Below are positions 40,425 to 51,252 of a stretch of 64,000 nt of DNA, in pieces. The position numbers were made by a program, and so were the translations under genes. The notes under the pieces are model-generated. The model was not told the DNA's origin and did no database searches. It saw only the letters and a list, made by a program, of their open reading frames with translations. This DNA is from Candidatus Latescibacterota bacterium. GTDB taxonomy: Bacteria; Latescibacterota; CBDEFO01. The stretch is taken from contig CBDEFO010000008.1 in the NCBI GenBank assembly GCA_965237525.1, positions 1,966,146-2,030,145 of the forward strand, read 5' to 3'. The first letter of the stretch is position 1; every line of letters starts with the position of its first letter.

Positions 40425-41943
40425 AAGCCTTGTGAAATAGTTATGTCCCAGGCAGCGTCTGAAGCGCCGATTATGGGTCAAAGAGTAGCATATCGTATCG
40501 TTTTGCTGTGGAATAAGCAAAATAGTCTTATCAGAGTTCTGGTCAGCAAGGAATAGGAGCTGTTTGAAGAACAGGATGCACTGTCTTTGACAGACAGGGC
40601 ACACATAGACGCTTTCCCCCTTCTTATGAAAGATACAAGCCTCTTGAGATTCTGTACTGTTGCAACAAGATTCAACTGTTCATTCAGTGAGGCTGGTCCT
40701 CTGTAACGGGATCGTCCCATACCGTGTTGTTGCCTGGCTTCAGCAAAGATATGTTCACTGCGTTTACGGAGTCTCCGGGAGAGTTTGTAGTCAGCTGTTA
40801 ATGAGATAGACCGTGCATGATTTCTGGCTTTCGCCTCTCGCACTTTTCTATCCCGTTCGGCCTGAATATGTGCTGAATTTGTCTTGTTTTTCCATGTAGG
40901 AATCGGTTCAATCTTCTCATCGGCTCGCAGAGGAATATGGGGTATGATTCCCCGGTCAAGTACATCAGCGATAAAATTACCAGAACCGTAACCGGTATCG
41001 GCACTAAGTGTCTGAATGTCTTTGGGCATGGTGTATGTTTCAAGGTCATCTACCATCTTAAGGGCACTTTCGGGCTCTGCTGTCCCTGTCGCCTGCGTGC
41101 CCTGAGTCTCAAGGATTACTCTGCTTTTTGTGTCGATCAGATCATGGCCCATAAACGAGAGAAAAGCCCCTTTGCCCTTCGATTTGCTGTATAAGCGCGC
41201 GTCGGGGTCTGTAGTCGAACGGTGTGTTTGGTTCGTCCACTTTTCACCATGAAAGTCTTTATCCTGAGGATGCCCGGACCTACCCTTTGTCTTATCACCT
41301 TCAAAACCGATTCCCTTGAGATAATCATCAAGAGAAACAGGGGGTTCTATCGGCTCAATACTTTTCACTGAAGCATCAGCTTGTATCTGAGTGCCGTCGA
41401 CACTAAGGTGTTTACCGCTCACAACACCGACATCTATGCAACACTGGACTACCTGACGCATTATCCGTTCAAACAACCCACTGGATGCCCACTTGTGATT
41501 GCGAAGCTTGTTGATCGTGCTCCTATCCGGAACCGCATCATCAAATGTCTGATGACAAAACAACCGATATGCCGCATGCATCCCCACTTCCTGACAGAGC
41601 CGATTCTCACTCAAATTATACAGATAGCCAATAAGGATCATTCGAACAACTAATTCAGGATCAATACCGGGTCTGCCATTGTCAGGGCAATAACAATCTG
41701 ATACAACGTCTCGTACAAATGAAAAATCAACTGCCTCATCAATCTGACGAAGGATATGATCCTCGGGAACTAAATCCTCCATCTGAAAATAGTGAAACAT
41801 CGGATTTGTCTGTTCCTGCTTTTGTGGGGTCATTGTTTCCTCCATATATAATATTATCAATAACATAATATAATACATCGGAGCTGCTTTATCAATGCTT
41901 GTTTTATACTATTTTCTGAATCTAAGGGTTTTTCACAAGGCTT
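40425..41943 (-). mobile_element. IS1182-family insertion sequence, copy 3 (1519 bp)
   Basis: TIR AAGCCTTGTGAAA; TSD TTAA. Confidence 0.93.
40478..41878 (-). CDS. IS1182-family DDE transposase
   Basis: Near-identical to the other copies. Confidence 0.93.
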   Translation of the reverse strand: MYYIMLLIILYMEETMTPQKQEQTNPMFHYFQMEDLVPEDHILRQIDEAVDFSFVRDVVSDCYCPDNGRPGIDPELVVRMILIGYLYNLSENRLCQEVGMHAAYRLFCHQTFDDAVPDRSTINKLRNHKWASSGLFERIMRQVVQCCIDVGVVSGKHLSVDGTQIQADASVKSIEPIEPPVSLDDYLKGIGFEGDKTKGRSGHPQDKDFHGEKWTNQTHRSTTDPDARLYSKSKGKGAFLSFMGHDLIDTKSRVILETQGTQATGTAEPESALKMVDDLETYTMPKDIQTLSADTGYGSGNFIADVLDRGIIPHIPLRADEKIEPIPTWKNKTNSAHIQAERDRKVREAKARNHARSISLTADYKLSRRLRKRSEHIFAEARQQHGMGRSRYRGPASLNEQLNLVATVQNLKRLVSFIRRGKASMCALSVKDSASCSSNSSYSLLTRTLIRLFCLFHSKTIRYATL

Positions 41944-42178
41944 TTAATGTCAATGGGTTAATTAAAACACGTGCAGATGTCGAGTTATACCCGACCTTCC
42001 CCATATCACATTCATTAGGGATTATATTTCGATACAATCTTGTTTGTGAATGAATATTACCACTATTACATTTCTCAACAAGCACTTTTTTCAATCAAAA
42101 TATCAATTTCCTCTGAATTATCACTTTCTTTGTGTTTAAATCCTCCAATTAGAGACGCCTCTCCATCATTTTTCCGGT

Positions 42179-42560
42179 CTAACATGGGGAATGGGCGATA
42201 GAATAGTGACGCCAGTTTGCAGGAAGGCGTGATCCGACGGAGCCGATCCCGATCACCAGAAGGAGGATCGGCACCTCCAGATCGGGAAAAAGCGGAATCA
42301 GAAAAAGCAATAGCAACTTGACTAAAAAGAGAGGCCCATAGCCTGATAGAGCCATTCGTAGCTGCCGTATAGCTCGATAGCCATCAGCCCCACTCCTGAA
42401 AGAACAGTGAGCAGCGACCAGAATTACAGCCGGTGCTGCTTGATCCCGAAGGCAATCGCCCCAACAACCATGGAGAAGCCGGCGATATGGAGTGTTCTGA
42501 AGAGTATCTTCCCGACTCGCTCGCAGGGCAACTCCCTGTACGGGATTGGAAAGAACAATC
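42179..42560 (-). pseudogene. 5'-truncated small membrane protein gene with internal TAA
   Basis: ...ILFRTLHIAGFSMVVGAIAFG...*FWSLLTVLSGVGLMAIELY...VKLLLL...RHYSI. Confidence 0.55.
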
Positions 42561-42691
42561 TTAGAATGTGCACTATATCTTCCGCTCTAACGACAGCAGG
42601 TGAAACCTGCAGATACTGACATACTATATTAACAGATGGCGTCACATTTCAGCAATCGTTTTGGCCATGAAGGTCGCAAGGAATCGTTATC

Positions 42692-43858
42692 TCAGGGTCG
42701 AGTGGAGAGATTCAAGAACACTGACACGTTATCGCTTTCCACATTGGACACAGTTAGGTCATTGTCGCCGTCACCATCGAAATCTGCGATGAATACTGAT
42801 GTAGGATTGACTCCAGCATCGTAGTCCACCTTGGGTGCAAATGTACCGTCGCCATTATTCATCAGCACAGACACATTATCGCTGTACCGGTTAGCCACGG
42901 CCAGGTCGTCGTCTCCATCACCATCTAAATCTGCAACGAATACTGAACTGGGACTCAGCCCGGCATCGTAGTCCACCTTGGATGCAAATGTACCGTCTCC
43001 ATTATTCATCAGCACCGAGACAGTATCATCGTACTGGTCCAAGCCAAAATTAGCCACAGTCAGGTCACTATCTCCATCTCCATCTAAATCTGAAACGAAT
43101 ATTGACCAGGGACCATCCCCGACGGCGTGGTCAACGGCAGGTGCAAATGTCCCGTCTCCACTATTCATCAGCACAGACACATTATCGCTTCCCACATTAG
43201 AAACAGCTACGTCGTTATCGCCATCTCCATCTAAATCTGAAATGAATACAGAACTGGGACCATCCCCGACGGCGTAGTCCACCTTGGGCGCAAATGTACC
43301 GTCTCCACTATTTAAGAGCACAGACACATTATCGCTTTCCCAATTAGCCACAGTTAGGTCATTATGTCCATCTCCATCTAAATCTGCACTGAATACAGAA
43401 TGGGGGGAGTCCCCGACAGGATAGTCAATCTTGTCGGCAAACGTAGCGTCCCCATTATTCATCAATACCGAGACAGTGGGGGGAAAGCTGTACGCGTTAG
43501 TGACAGTTAGGTCATTATCTCCATCTCCATCCAGATCTTCGGCGAATACCGAATGGGGGTAGTCCCCGACAACATAGTCAACCTTGTCCGCAAATGTACC
43601 GTCTCCATTGTTCAATAAGACCGAAAGATTATCGGTATTGCTTCCCCAGGTAACCAAAGCCAGGTCACTGTCCCCATCTCCATCTAAATCTGCGCTGCAT
43701 ACCGATACGGGCTGATCTCCCGCCGCATAGTTGGTCGGGGGTCCAAAAAGGGCGTGTGCACCGGGTTGCGTTCCGCTGTCTCCACCACAGGCTGCTATTA
43801 GCAGGAGCAGCGTATGGCTCAGCAGATGTGTGATACGCGAGGTGAATGGTGTTCTCAT
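42692..43858 (-). CDS. FG-GAP/VCBS repeat lipoprotein (7-blade propeller)
   Basis: Lipobox IAAC-GG; seven D(L/F)DGDG-x-(N/S/D)D repeats. Confidence 0.9.
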   Translation of the reverse strand: MRTPFTSRITHLLSHTLLLLIAACGGDSGTQPGAHALFGPPTNYAAGDQPVSVCSADLDGDGDSDLALVTWGSNTDNLSVLLNNGDGTFADKVDYVVGDYPHSVFAEDLDGDGDNDLTVTNAYSFPPTVSVLMNNGDATFADKIDYPVGDSPHSVFSADLDGDGHNDLTVANWESDNVSVLLNSGDGTFAPKVDYAVGDGPSSVFISDLDGDGDNDVAVSNVGSDNVSVLMNSGDGTFAPAVDHAVGDGPWSIFVSDLDGDGDSDLTVANFGLDQYDDTVSVLMNNGDGTFASKVDYDAGLSPSSVFVADLDGDGDDDLAVANRYSDNVSVLMNNGDGTFAPKVDYDAGVNPTSVFIADFDGDGDNDLTVSNVESDNVSVFLNLSTRP

Positions 43859-44109
43859 GGTGGCGTTCCTTCTTTTTCATGCGGTTCAGTGTCTCAAAGC
43901 CCGGTCGTTGCGGTACTCCCTATGATGGATCGAAAGCGGAAAAGTTCCAAAACTTTCTTATCTTGAGGCTTTTGCCTGTCCCCACGTGGTTGGTTCGGTC
44001 AATGTTGTGCCTCCGTTGTATTCCTAAAGGTATTGTTCCTTCCCGTTGGAGTGATTATAGTGCCTTATGTTCGATCTGCGGTGCTCCTATTCATCCCTGA
44101 ACCCACAGG

Positions 44110-44559
44110 TTACGTAAACAATCGGAAATTGCTTATTCTGATCTTTTCAGAGAGATCGTTTATAACATTTCTTAATATCTTGACACCTATATCGTGGTAT
44201 CTTCTGATCAGTCTCTCGAAGTTAGCGGTTTTTAAGCTCAGCACTATTGAGTGTTCTGAAGAAACTATCGTCACTGACCTTTTCCTTCCTGTGAGGGCGC
44301 TCATTTCCCCTACCAGTTGTCCGGGCTTAATTTCAGCTATGTGAAGGCCGACCTCGCCGTGAGGCGCTGTTACGCGCAGTTTACCCGACATGAGGATCAA
44401 CATCTCCCCGCTGACTTCCCCGCGTTTGAATATCACCTCATCGGGATCATAGTTCTTCTGCTCACACATTCTCAGCACGACTTCTGCCTCATCCAGGGAG
44501 AGTTCGTAGAACATCGGTATTTTGTTTATCAGGTTCAGCAGTTTGAAGTCGGTTGCCAT
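44110..44559 (-). CDS. Cyclic nucleotide-binding domain protein
   Basis: IPMF, IFKRGE, GQLVGEMSAL..RKRSVT; RBS AAGGAG. Confidence 0.88.
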   Translation of the reverse strand: MATDFKLLNLINKIPMFYELSLDEAEVVLRMCEQKNYDPDEVIFKRGEVSGEMLILMSGKLRVTAPHGEVGLHIAEIKPGQLVGEMSALTGRKRSVTIVSSEHSIVLSLKTANFERLIRRYHDIGVKILRNVINDLSEKIRISNFRLFT

Positions 44560-44832
44560 GTCGTGTTCTCCTTAACGCTGACGAACTGTGTGTCTATTCT
44601 TCTCTCCTTACTATAAAAGGGTACATCTACCTCTCGACACAATATGGTCTTGTGTAGTTCCGTGAACTCCCGCCTGCACAGCAGGCACTCCTGCCTTGTC
44701 CACTCCACATGTTCAAACTTGCTTCGTGCTTCCCTTCTTTTGACACTGCTGGTATATTTCCCCACTGGAATGTATGAAGCGATTTCTGGGCTATTATAAT
44801 GACGATCTGACGCTTCGAGGACAGCTATGGAG

Positions 44833-45202
44833 CCTGGAAGAGGACTTCTCCGTCAGTTGGAGAATCCGGCGCCTGCGATGTCATAACCAATTCCCCCCTT
44901 TAAAAACCTTTCCAACTGGTAACTGCATAGTCCTTAAACTCAATTATCCTGTCATCTGAGTAGTACCAATATTCCCACGGGCCTTCTTTCTGTATTCTAA
45001 TAGGTTTACCCAAGAGCCGTCTTATCGTATCCTCAGGTGTCCCTATTCTTAGCACCCGTTGAATAGCGTCAGGATACTGAAGACTGACAACTGTACCATC
45101 CTTATTAAACTGTTCTACCTGGTGAGAATAATACCCCCCCGTCCTGGAAATTTTGGAGAAATGTCCGAATCTGATGGTCAGGTCATGGTACTCCTCCGTG
45201 TC
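44833..45202 (-). repeat. 370-bp diverged duplicate of the lipoprotein 3' end plus downstream DNA (47506-47875)
   Basis: Colinear; encodes EYHDLTIRFG...GTPEDTIRRLLG...WEYWYYSDDR. Confidence 0.92.
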
Positions 45203-45250
45203 ATTTAGCTGATACCGAGACCGCAGGTCCCAGGACGGAAAAGAAATATA

Positions 45251-45295
45251 ATAAAAGTGTGGATAACCTATCCATATCTATATCCACACTTTTAT
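45251..45295. terminator. Perfect 15-bp-arm inverted repeat downstream of the 45312 gene
   Basis: ataaaagtgtggata-N15-tatccacacttttat. Confidence 0.6.
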
Positions 45296-46038
45296 TTGTC
45301 TTTATTATCCCCTATCTTCGTTTAGGTAACTTCCCCCTACGCTTAAGCATCTTTTCATCTATCCTGCGCCTCGCCTCCTCTGCTTTGCTGCATTCAAGTT
45401 CGGCGTATATCGCTACCACAAGGCCATATTCGGAAGCGATCTCCTCCACTGGCCGCCCGGGTGGAAGGATGCCAACACGGGCGGGAGCGGCAGCAATACC
45501 ACCGCTCGCACGGACATCAATCCACGCGTCAACGAGCGACTTTTGGACACCAAGCCAGGCGTGAACGAGCGACTTTTTGCCTACAGCCAGAGATTCTCCA
45601 TATCTTACGTCTCCTACGTGGTAATAGCCCTCAATGTTGACTCTACCTAGAGTTCCGCCGCCGCTCTTCCTCGCGTTCCATATATTAAGTATGTCGTCTG
45701 TTCTGCGGAAGATCAGCGATATGATGTTCTCACCCCCTGTCGTACCCGCTATTCCTCCTGATGGCCAGTCCATAGGCTTACCATCAGGGCCCAATCTCTC
45801 CTGCTTCTGCCCTTCTATGTAATACTCGTGTGAATAGCAGATGGAGTGAAAGTCGGGTATTTCGTAGGCATAGCGCATTACGCTCACCCCCAAGCTCATG
45901 AGAATAATATCAATCTCGGTCTTCATAAGTGGTTCATTTGCTGCGTACCGCTTAAGGGGATAAGTATTCCCTTCGGTTTGGGCAGAGACCAAGCCGAAAA
46001 AGCACAGATAGATAGCCATCAGTGCAATACTGGTTAGG

Positions 46039-47338
46039 GGTTATTTATCAAATGAAATCGGTGCACCTAATTTGATCTTTGATTGATCTTGAATGATAGG
46101 TTTTCGACAATCTTTGGTTTCTGTTCTTTTTCAAAATGGATGTATAATTGTTCTTCTTTTAGGTTCCATTCAGCCAGGACAAAGTAGTTGGTGTAAGAGG
46201 AGGGAAGAGATACTTTCTCATTTAGGACATCGATAAAGGCTTTATCTGTCTGTTCTGTGTCCTGTTTGACTTGTCTGATAAAATAGGTCTTGGGAATGAA
46301 ATCTTTCTCGTTTGACTTCTCTTGCTTAGGTGGACGGTAGCCGGTGTATCTCTGTGATGAAAGATTAAACCATTCTAACTTCTGATCAACTTCTTGTAAG
46401 CTTTTGAACTGAATTCTGTTCCAGAACTTCCTTGAAAATACAGAATTGTTGCCTTCTATAGATGCTTGAGAAAAGGGCCTTCTGGGAACGGCAAATATCG
46501 GAATCACTTGATTTTTCAAGAGAAACTGCATTGCTTTGCTGACATTCCTTTCACCTGAAACACTGCCAATAGTCGCCGAGCAATTGTCCACCTTAACGAA
46601 ATCTGGTTTTTCAAACCTGTCAAAGAAAGACTGACACTTCTCGATAAAGTTAGTTGCTGTTTGACCGTCAACCCGCCGAAAATACCTTAACTTAGGCTCT
46701 TTCTTAAAGGAAAATCCAACGAAGTTGACCGGCTCAGTTCTGCCGGTAAGATACTTTTTACCAATAAAGTCTGATTCTAGGACTCTGCCTCCTGAAAGAT
46801 AGTAAATGGTATACTCTGGATAACAAAGATAACGAGATGCACCCTTGTTTTTACCTTTCTTCCTTCTCTGGGAAAGTCCTAAATCTGAAAGCATTCTGCC
46901 GATAGTCGGCAACGACGGAGGAGGGGTGCTAGAATATCGATTCCTCCATTCTTGTTCAATAACAGTGGCTCCTGAATAGAACTGATAAGGATCGTCCTCT
47001 AAGCTATGGTAAATCTCTTTGATTCTCTGTTCGTCAACTTTAGCCAATTTTCGCCTTTTTCCTTTTGGCCAACCCCGATTATCCATGGCAAAATCCTGAT
47101 CCGGAGATTTAGTCCAAGCTGTAACGAAATCATTGGAAACTCTCGCTTGTTTGATAACTTCTCGCTTTGACATTTCTTTCTTAAAATACATCTCGTTGAC
47201 TTCTTGTCTTAATACGGCCAATCTCTCTTTGTCCATAGGACTCCGTAGATTAAAGTTAAGACAATCAACTCAACTTAATCTACTAATACTCTAAACAAAG
47301 ATCAAATTAGGTGCACCGATTTCATTTGATATTCAACC
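46039..47338 (-). mobile_element. Insertion sequence with rve-type DDE transposase (IS481-like/unclassified), 1300 bp
   Basis: GGTT termini, 36-bp perfect inner inverted repeat, 6-bp TSD GTTAGG. Confidence 0.88.
46067..47236 (-). CDS. Integrase-core (rve-like) transposase
   Basis: N-terminal HTH-like region; PSLPTIGRML; D(ESD)...D(VDN)...E(QASIEG). Confidence 0.8.
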   Translation of the reverse strand: MDKERLAVLRQEVNEMYFKKEMSKREVIKQARVSNDFVTAWTKSPDQDFAMDNRGWPKGKRRKLAKVDEQRIKEIYHSLEDDPYQFYSGATVIEQEWRNRYSSTPPPSLPTIGRMLSDLGLSQRRKKGKNKGASRYLCYPEYTIYYLSGGRVLESDFIGKKYLTGRTEPVNFVGFSFKKEPKLRYFRRVDGQTATNFIEKCQSFFDRFEKPDFVKVDNCSATIGSVSGERNVSKAMQFLLKNQVIPIFAVPRRPFSQASIEGNNSVFSRKFWNRIQFKSLQEVDQKLEWFNLSSQRYTGYRPPKQEKSNEKDFIPKTYFIRQVKQDTEQTDKAFIDVLNEKVSLPSSYTNYFVLAEWNLKEEQLYIHFEKEQKPKIVENLSFKINQRSN

Positions 47339-47572
47339 GTTAGGTAATAAATCCGATTCATGGTATCTCCTCCTTATCTTTTAAGTTAGCCTACCGCAAC
47401 TTTGATCGAGCTCTAAACAGAGCTAGCAGGCTCAATTCTGATACCCCGTTTAAATACACGCTCTAACAGATCAGTGCAGTTGTCCTACATAGTTAAGCTC
47501 TCTTACCTGGAAGAGGACTTCTCCCTTAGTTGGAGAATCCGGCGCCTGCGATGTCATATCTATTCTTTCCTT

Positions 47573-48538
47573 TTAAAATCCTTTCCAACTGGTAACTGCA
47601 TAGTCCTTAAATTCAATTATCCTGTCATCTGAGTAGTACCAATATTCCCACGGGCCGTCTTTCTGTATTCTAATAGGTTCACCCAAGAGCCGTCTTATTG
47701 TATCCTCAGGTGTCCCTATTCTTAGCACCCGTTGAATATCGTCAGGATACCGAGCACTGACAACCTTACCCTCCTTATTAAACTGTTGTTTCCACTGAGA
47801 ATAATATCCATTGCCCCTGGAAATTGTGGAGAATTGTCCGAATCTGATGGTCAGGTCATGATACTCCTCCGCGTCGTGTGGCGGAAAATTAGGACGCTGG
47901 ACAGGCGGAATATACCCCAAGGGTACTATCTGGATCTTGTAATCACCTTCTGGAACTACAAAGTATTTTGTTAATTCTACATCGTGCTGAAGATACTGTG
48001 ACTCATAAAGGGCTGACATCCCCTTCAAAAGGATCTTGCTCAACTCGTGATCCCAAAGCATGAAGCGCATCCTGACTGAGGAACGGCGTGCATTCTCATT
48101 GATATAGACAATTACGCGAAATCTGCCGACGGGGATTTCGACATGCGTTAGCTGCCCGGCCGTTATAGTCACACGTTCGATTGCTACTGGGTCGCGCACA
48201 TTTAAGTCGGTATCAACTACTACCTTATATACTCCCGGGTCCAGAAATTCCTGAAGCCCTTTACCCTTGACAACCACCTCATCGGTGGCTTGGTCAACAA
48301 CCCTGAAATCGAGCTCAGGAATACCTCCGCTGTACAAGATAAGGACCCCTTTTCCCTCCGGTATCGTTGCCGATTCATCCTTCTTGCTGTACTTCCCTGA
48401 CGAAGCGCATCCCATCAACCAGGCGGCACTGACCAGAACTAATATTATAGCCCGCGCAGTCCTGAATCTGAGGTTCTGTTTCTCTACGCTCTCTGATCTC
48501 TCCACTACGGTCTGTAAGTCCGGCGTCTGTGATGTCAT
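47573..48538 (-). CDS. Lipoprotein-like protein with coiled-coil leader, PEGA/Ig-like domain and C-terminal SmpA/BamE-like domain
   Basis: WLMGC; LDPGVYKVVV; LRIGTPEDTIRRLLGEP...WEYWYY. Confidence 0.65.
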   Translation of the reverse strand: MTSQTPDLQTVVERSESVEKQNLRFRTARAIILVLVSAAWLMGCASSGKYSKKDESATIPEGKGVLILYSGGIPELDFRVVDQATDEVVVKGKGLQEFLDPGVYKVVVDTDLNVRDPVAIERVTITAGQLTHVEIPVGRFRVIVYINENARRSSVRMRFMLWDHELSKILLKGMSALYESQYLQHDVELTKYFVVPEGDYKIQIVPLGYIPPVQRPNFPPHDAEEYHDLTIRFGQFSTISRGNGYYSQWKQQFNKEGKVVSARYPDDIQRVLRIGTPEDTIRRLLGEPIRIQKDGPWEYWYYSDDRIIEFKDYAVTSWKGF

Positions 48539-48690
48539 ATCTATTCTTTCCTTTTAAAATCCTTCCCATCTGGTAACCGCATCGTCCTTAAATTCAATTC
48601 TCCTGTCATCTGAGTAGTGCCAATATTCCCACGGGCCGTTTTTCTGTATGCTAATAGGATCACCCAAGGCGTGTCTTATTATATCCTTAA

Positions 48691-50209
48691 AAGCCTTGTG
48701 AAAAACCCTTAGATTCAGAAAATAGTATAAAACAAGCATTGATAAAGCAGCTCCGATGTATTATATTATGTTATTGATAATATTATATATGGAGGAAACA
48801 ATGACCCCACAAAAGCAGGAACAGACAAATCCGATGTTTCACTATTTTCAGATGGAGGATTTAGTTCCCGAGGATCATATCCTTCGTCAGATTGATGAGG
48901 CAGTTGATTTTTCATTTGTACGAGACGTTGTATCAGATTGTTATTGCCCTGACAATGGCAGACCCGGTATTGATCCTGAATTAGTTGTTCGAATGATCCT
49001 TATTGGCTATCTGTATAATTTGAGTGAGAATCGGCTCTGTCAGGAAGTGGGGATGCATGCGGCATATCGGTTGTTTTGTCATCAGACATTTGATGATGCG
49101 GTTCCGGATAGGAGCACGATCAACAAGCTTCGCAATCACAAGTGGGCATCCAGTGGGTTGTTTGAACGGATAATGCGTCAGGTAGTCCAGTGTTGCATAG
49201 ATGTCGGTGTTGTGAGCGGTAAACACCTTAGTGTCGACGGCACTCAGATACAAGCTGATGCTTCAGTGAAAAGTATTGAGCCGATAGAACCCCCTTTTTC
49301 TCTTGATGATTATCTCAAGGGAATCGGTTTTGAAGGTGATAAGACAAAGGGTAGGTCCGGGCATCCTCAGGATAAAGACTTTCATGGTGAAAAGTGGACG
49401 AACCAAACACACCGTTCGACTACAGACCCCGACGCGCGCTTATACAGCAAATCGAAGGGCAAAGGGGCTTTTCTCTCGTTTATGGGCCATGATCTGATCG
49501 ACACAAAAAGCAGAGTAATCCTTGAGACTCAGGGCACGCAGGCGACAGGGACAGCAGAGCCCGAAAGTGCCCTTAAGATGGTAGATGACCTTGAAACATA
49601 GACCATGCCCAAAGACATTCAGACACTTAGTGCCGATACCGGTTACGGTTCTGGTAATTTTATCGCTGATGTACTTGACCGGGGAATCATACCCCATATT
49701 CCTCTGCGAGCCGATGAGAGGATTGAACCGATTCCTACATGGAAAAACAAGACAAATCCAGCACATATTCAGGCCGAACGGGATAGAAAAGTGCGAGAGG
49801 CGAAAGCCAGAAATCATGCACGGTCTATCTCATTAACAGCTGACTACAAACTCTCCCGGAGACTCCGTAAACGCAGTGAACATATCTTTGCTGAAGCCAG
49901 GCAACAACACGGTATGGGACGAGCCCGTTACAGAGGACTAGCCTCACTGAATGAACAGTTGAATCTTGTTGCAACAGTACAGAATCTCAAGAGGCTTGTA
50001 TCTTTCATAAGAAGGGGGAAAGCGTCTATGTGTGCCCTGTCTGTCAAAGACAGTGCATCCTGTTCTTCAAACAGCTCCTGTTCCTTGCTGACCAGAACTC
50101 TGATAAGACTATTTTGCTTATTCCACAGCAAAACGATACGATATGCTACTCTTTGACCCATAATCGGCGCTTCAGACGCTGCCTGGGACATAACTATTTC
50201 ACAAGGCTT
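48691..50209 (+). mobile_element. IS1182-family insertion sequence, copy 4 (1519 bp)
   Basis: TIR AAGCCTTGTGAAA; TSD TTAA. Confidence 0.93.
48756..50156 (+). pseudogene. IS1182 transposase with nonsense mutation
   Basis: TAC>TAG at 49599-49601 splits it into 281-aa and 183-aa ORFs. Confidence 0.9.
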
Positions 50210-51076
50210 TTAAGGTGTCCCTATTCTTAGCACCATTTGAATATAGTCCCGAAATCCACGACTGACAAATTTGCCTTCCTTATTAAACTGTTCTACCCGC
50301 TGATCATATCGCCCATCTCTCCTGGAAATTTTGGAGAAATATCCGAATCTGATGGTCAGGTCATGGTACTCCTCTTTGTCCTTTCGCCGATAGCCAGGAC
50401 GCGGGATAGGCGAAATATACCCCAAGGGTACTATCTGGATCTTGTAATCACCTTCTGGAACCGCATAGTATTCTGTTAAATCTGAATCGGCCAACTGTGA
50501 ATCATAACCATAAAGGGATGACCTTCCCGTCAAAAGGATCTTGTTCAACTCGTAATCCCAAAGCATGAAGCGCATCCTGACTGGCGAACAGTGAGAAACC
50601 CCATCGTCATCGATTAAGCCTTTATGATGGACCGTTACGCGAAATCTGCCGATGGGAATTTCGACATGTGTTAGCTGCCCGGCCGTTATAGTCACACGCT
50701 CGATTGCTACTGGGTGGACCACATCTAAGTCTGTATCAACTACTACCTTATATACTCCCGGGTCCAGAAATTCCTGAAGCCCTTTACCCTTGACAACCAC
50801 CTCATCGGTGGCTTGGTCAACAACCCTGAAATCGAGCTCGGGAATACCTCCGCTATACAAGATAAGGTGACCTTTCCCTTCCGGTATCGTCACCGGTTCA
50901 TCCTTCTTGCTGTACTTCCCTGACGAAGCGCATCCCATCATCTAGGCTGCAGTGATCAGAACTAATATTATAGCCCGTCCAGTCCTGAATATCAGGTGCT
51001 GTCTCTCTACTCTCTGTGATCTCTCCACTACGGTCTGTAAGTCCGGTGTCTGTGATGTCATATCTATTCTTTCCTT

Positions 51077-51161
51077 TTAAAATCGTTCCCATCTGGTAAC
51101 TACATCATGTTTAAAGTGAATTTTCTTGTAATTTGAGTAATACCAATATTCCCACGGGCCG
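51077..51161 (-). pseudogene. 3' fragment of a further lipoprotein paralog
   Basis: GPWEYWYYSNYKKIHFKHDVVTRWERF* plus the same intergenic spacer as the other units. Confidence 0.75.
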
Positions 51162-51252
51162 GAGATACACCATTCGGATCGGGGGTCTCAATACACGGTG
51201 GCTGGCTACCTTAAGGTGCATTGGGAAGTAGGTGCCGAGGTAAGCATGCCAT

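Larger units (their letters stand above)
45312..47361 (-). pseudogene. Secreted hypothetical protein gene with an IS inserted in the signal-peptide region
   Basis: Removing the IS restores MNRIYYLTSIALMAIYLCFFGLVSA-Q after RBS AAGGAGG; homologous to the C-terminal domain of 3609..5501. Confidence 0.8.
48554..51061 (-). pseudogene. Tandem paralog of 47573..48538 inactivated by a TAG (50942) and IS1182 copy 4
   Basis: MTSQTPDLQT...ITAA*MMGCASSG...LRIGTP|IS|KDIIRHALGDP...WEGF. Confidence 0.85.

Noticed and set aside
33912..41943. Composite transposon or IS-mediated inversion between IS1182 copies
   Set aside because: Each copy has its own matched TSD, and the gene interrupted by copy 1 can be restored in place
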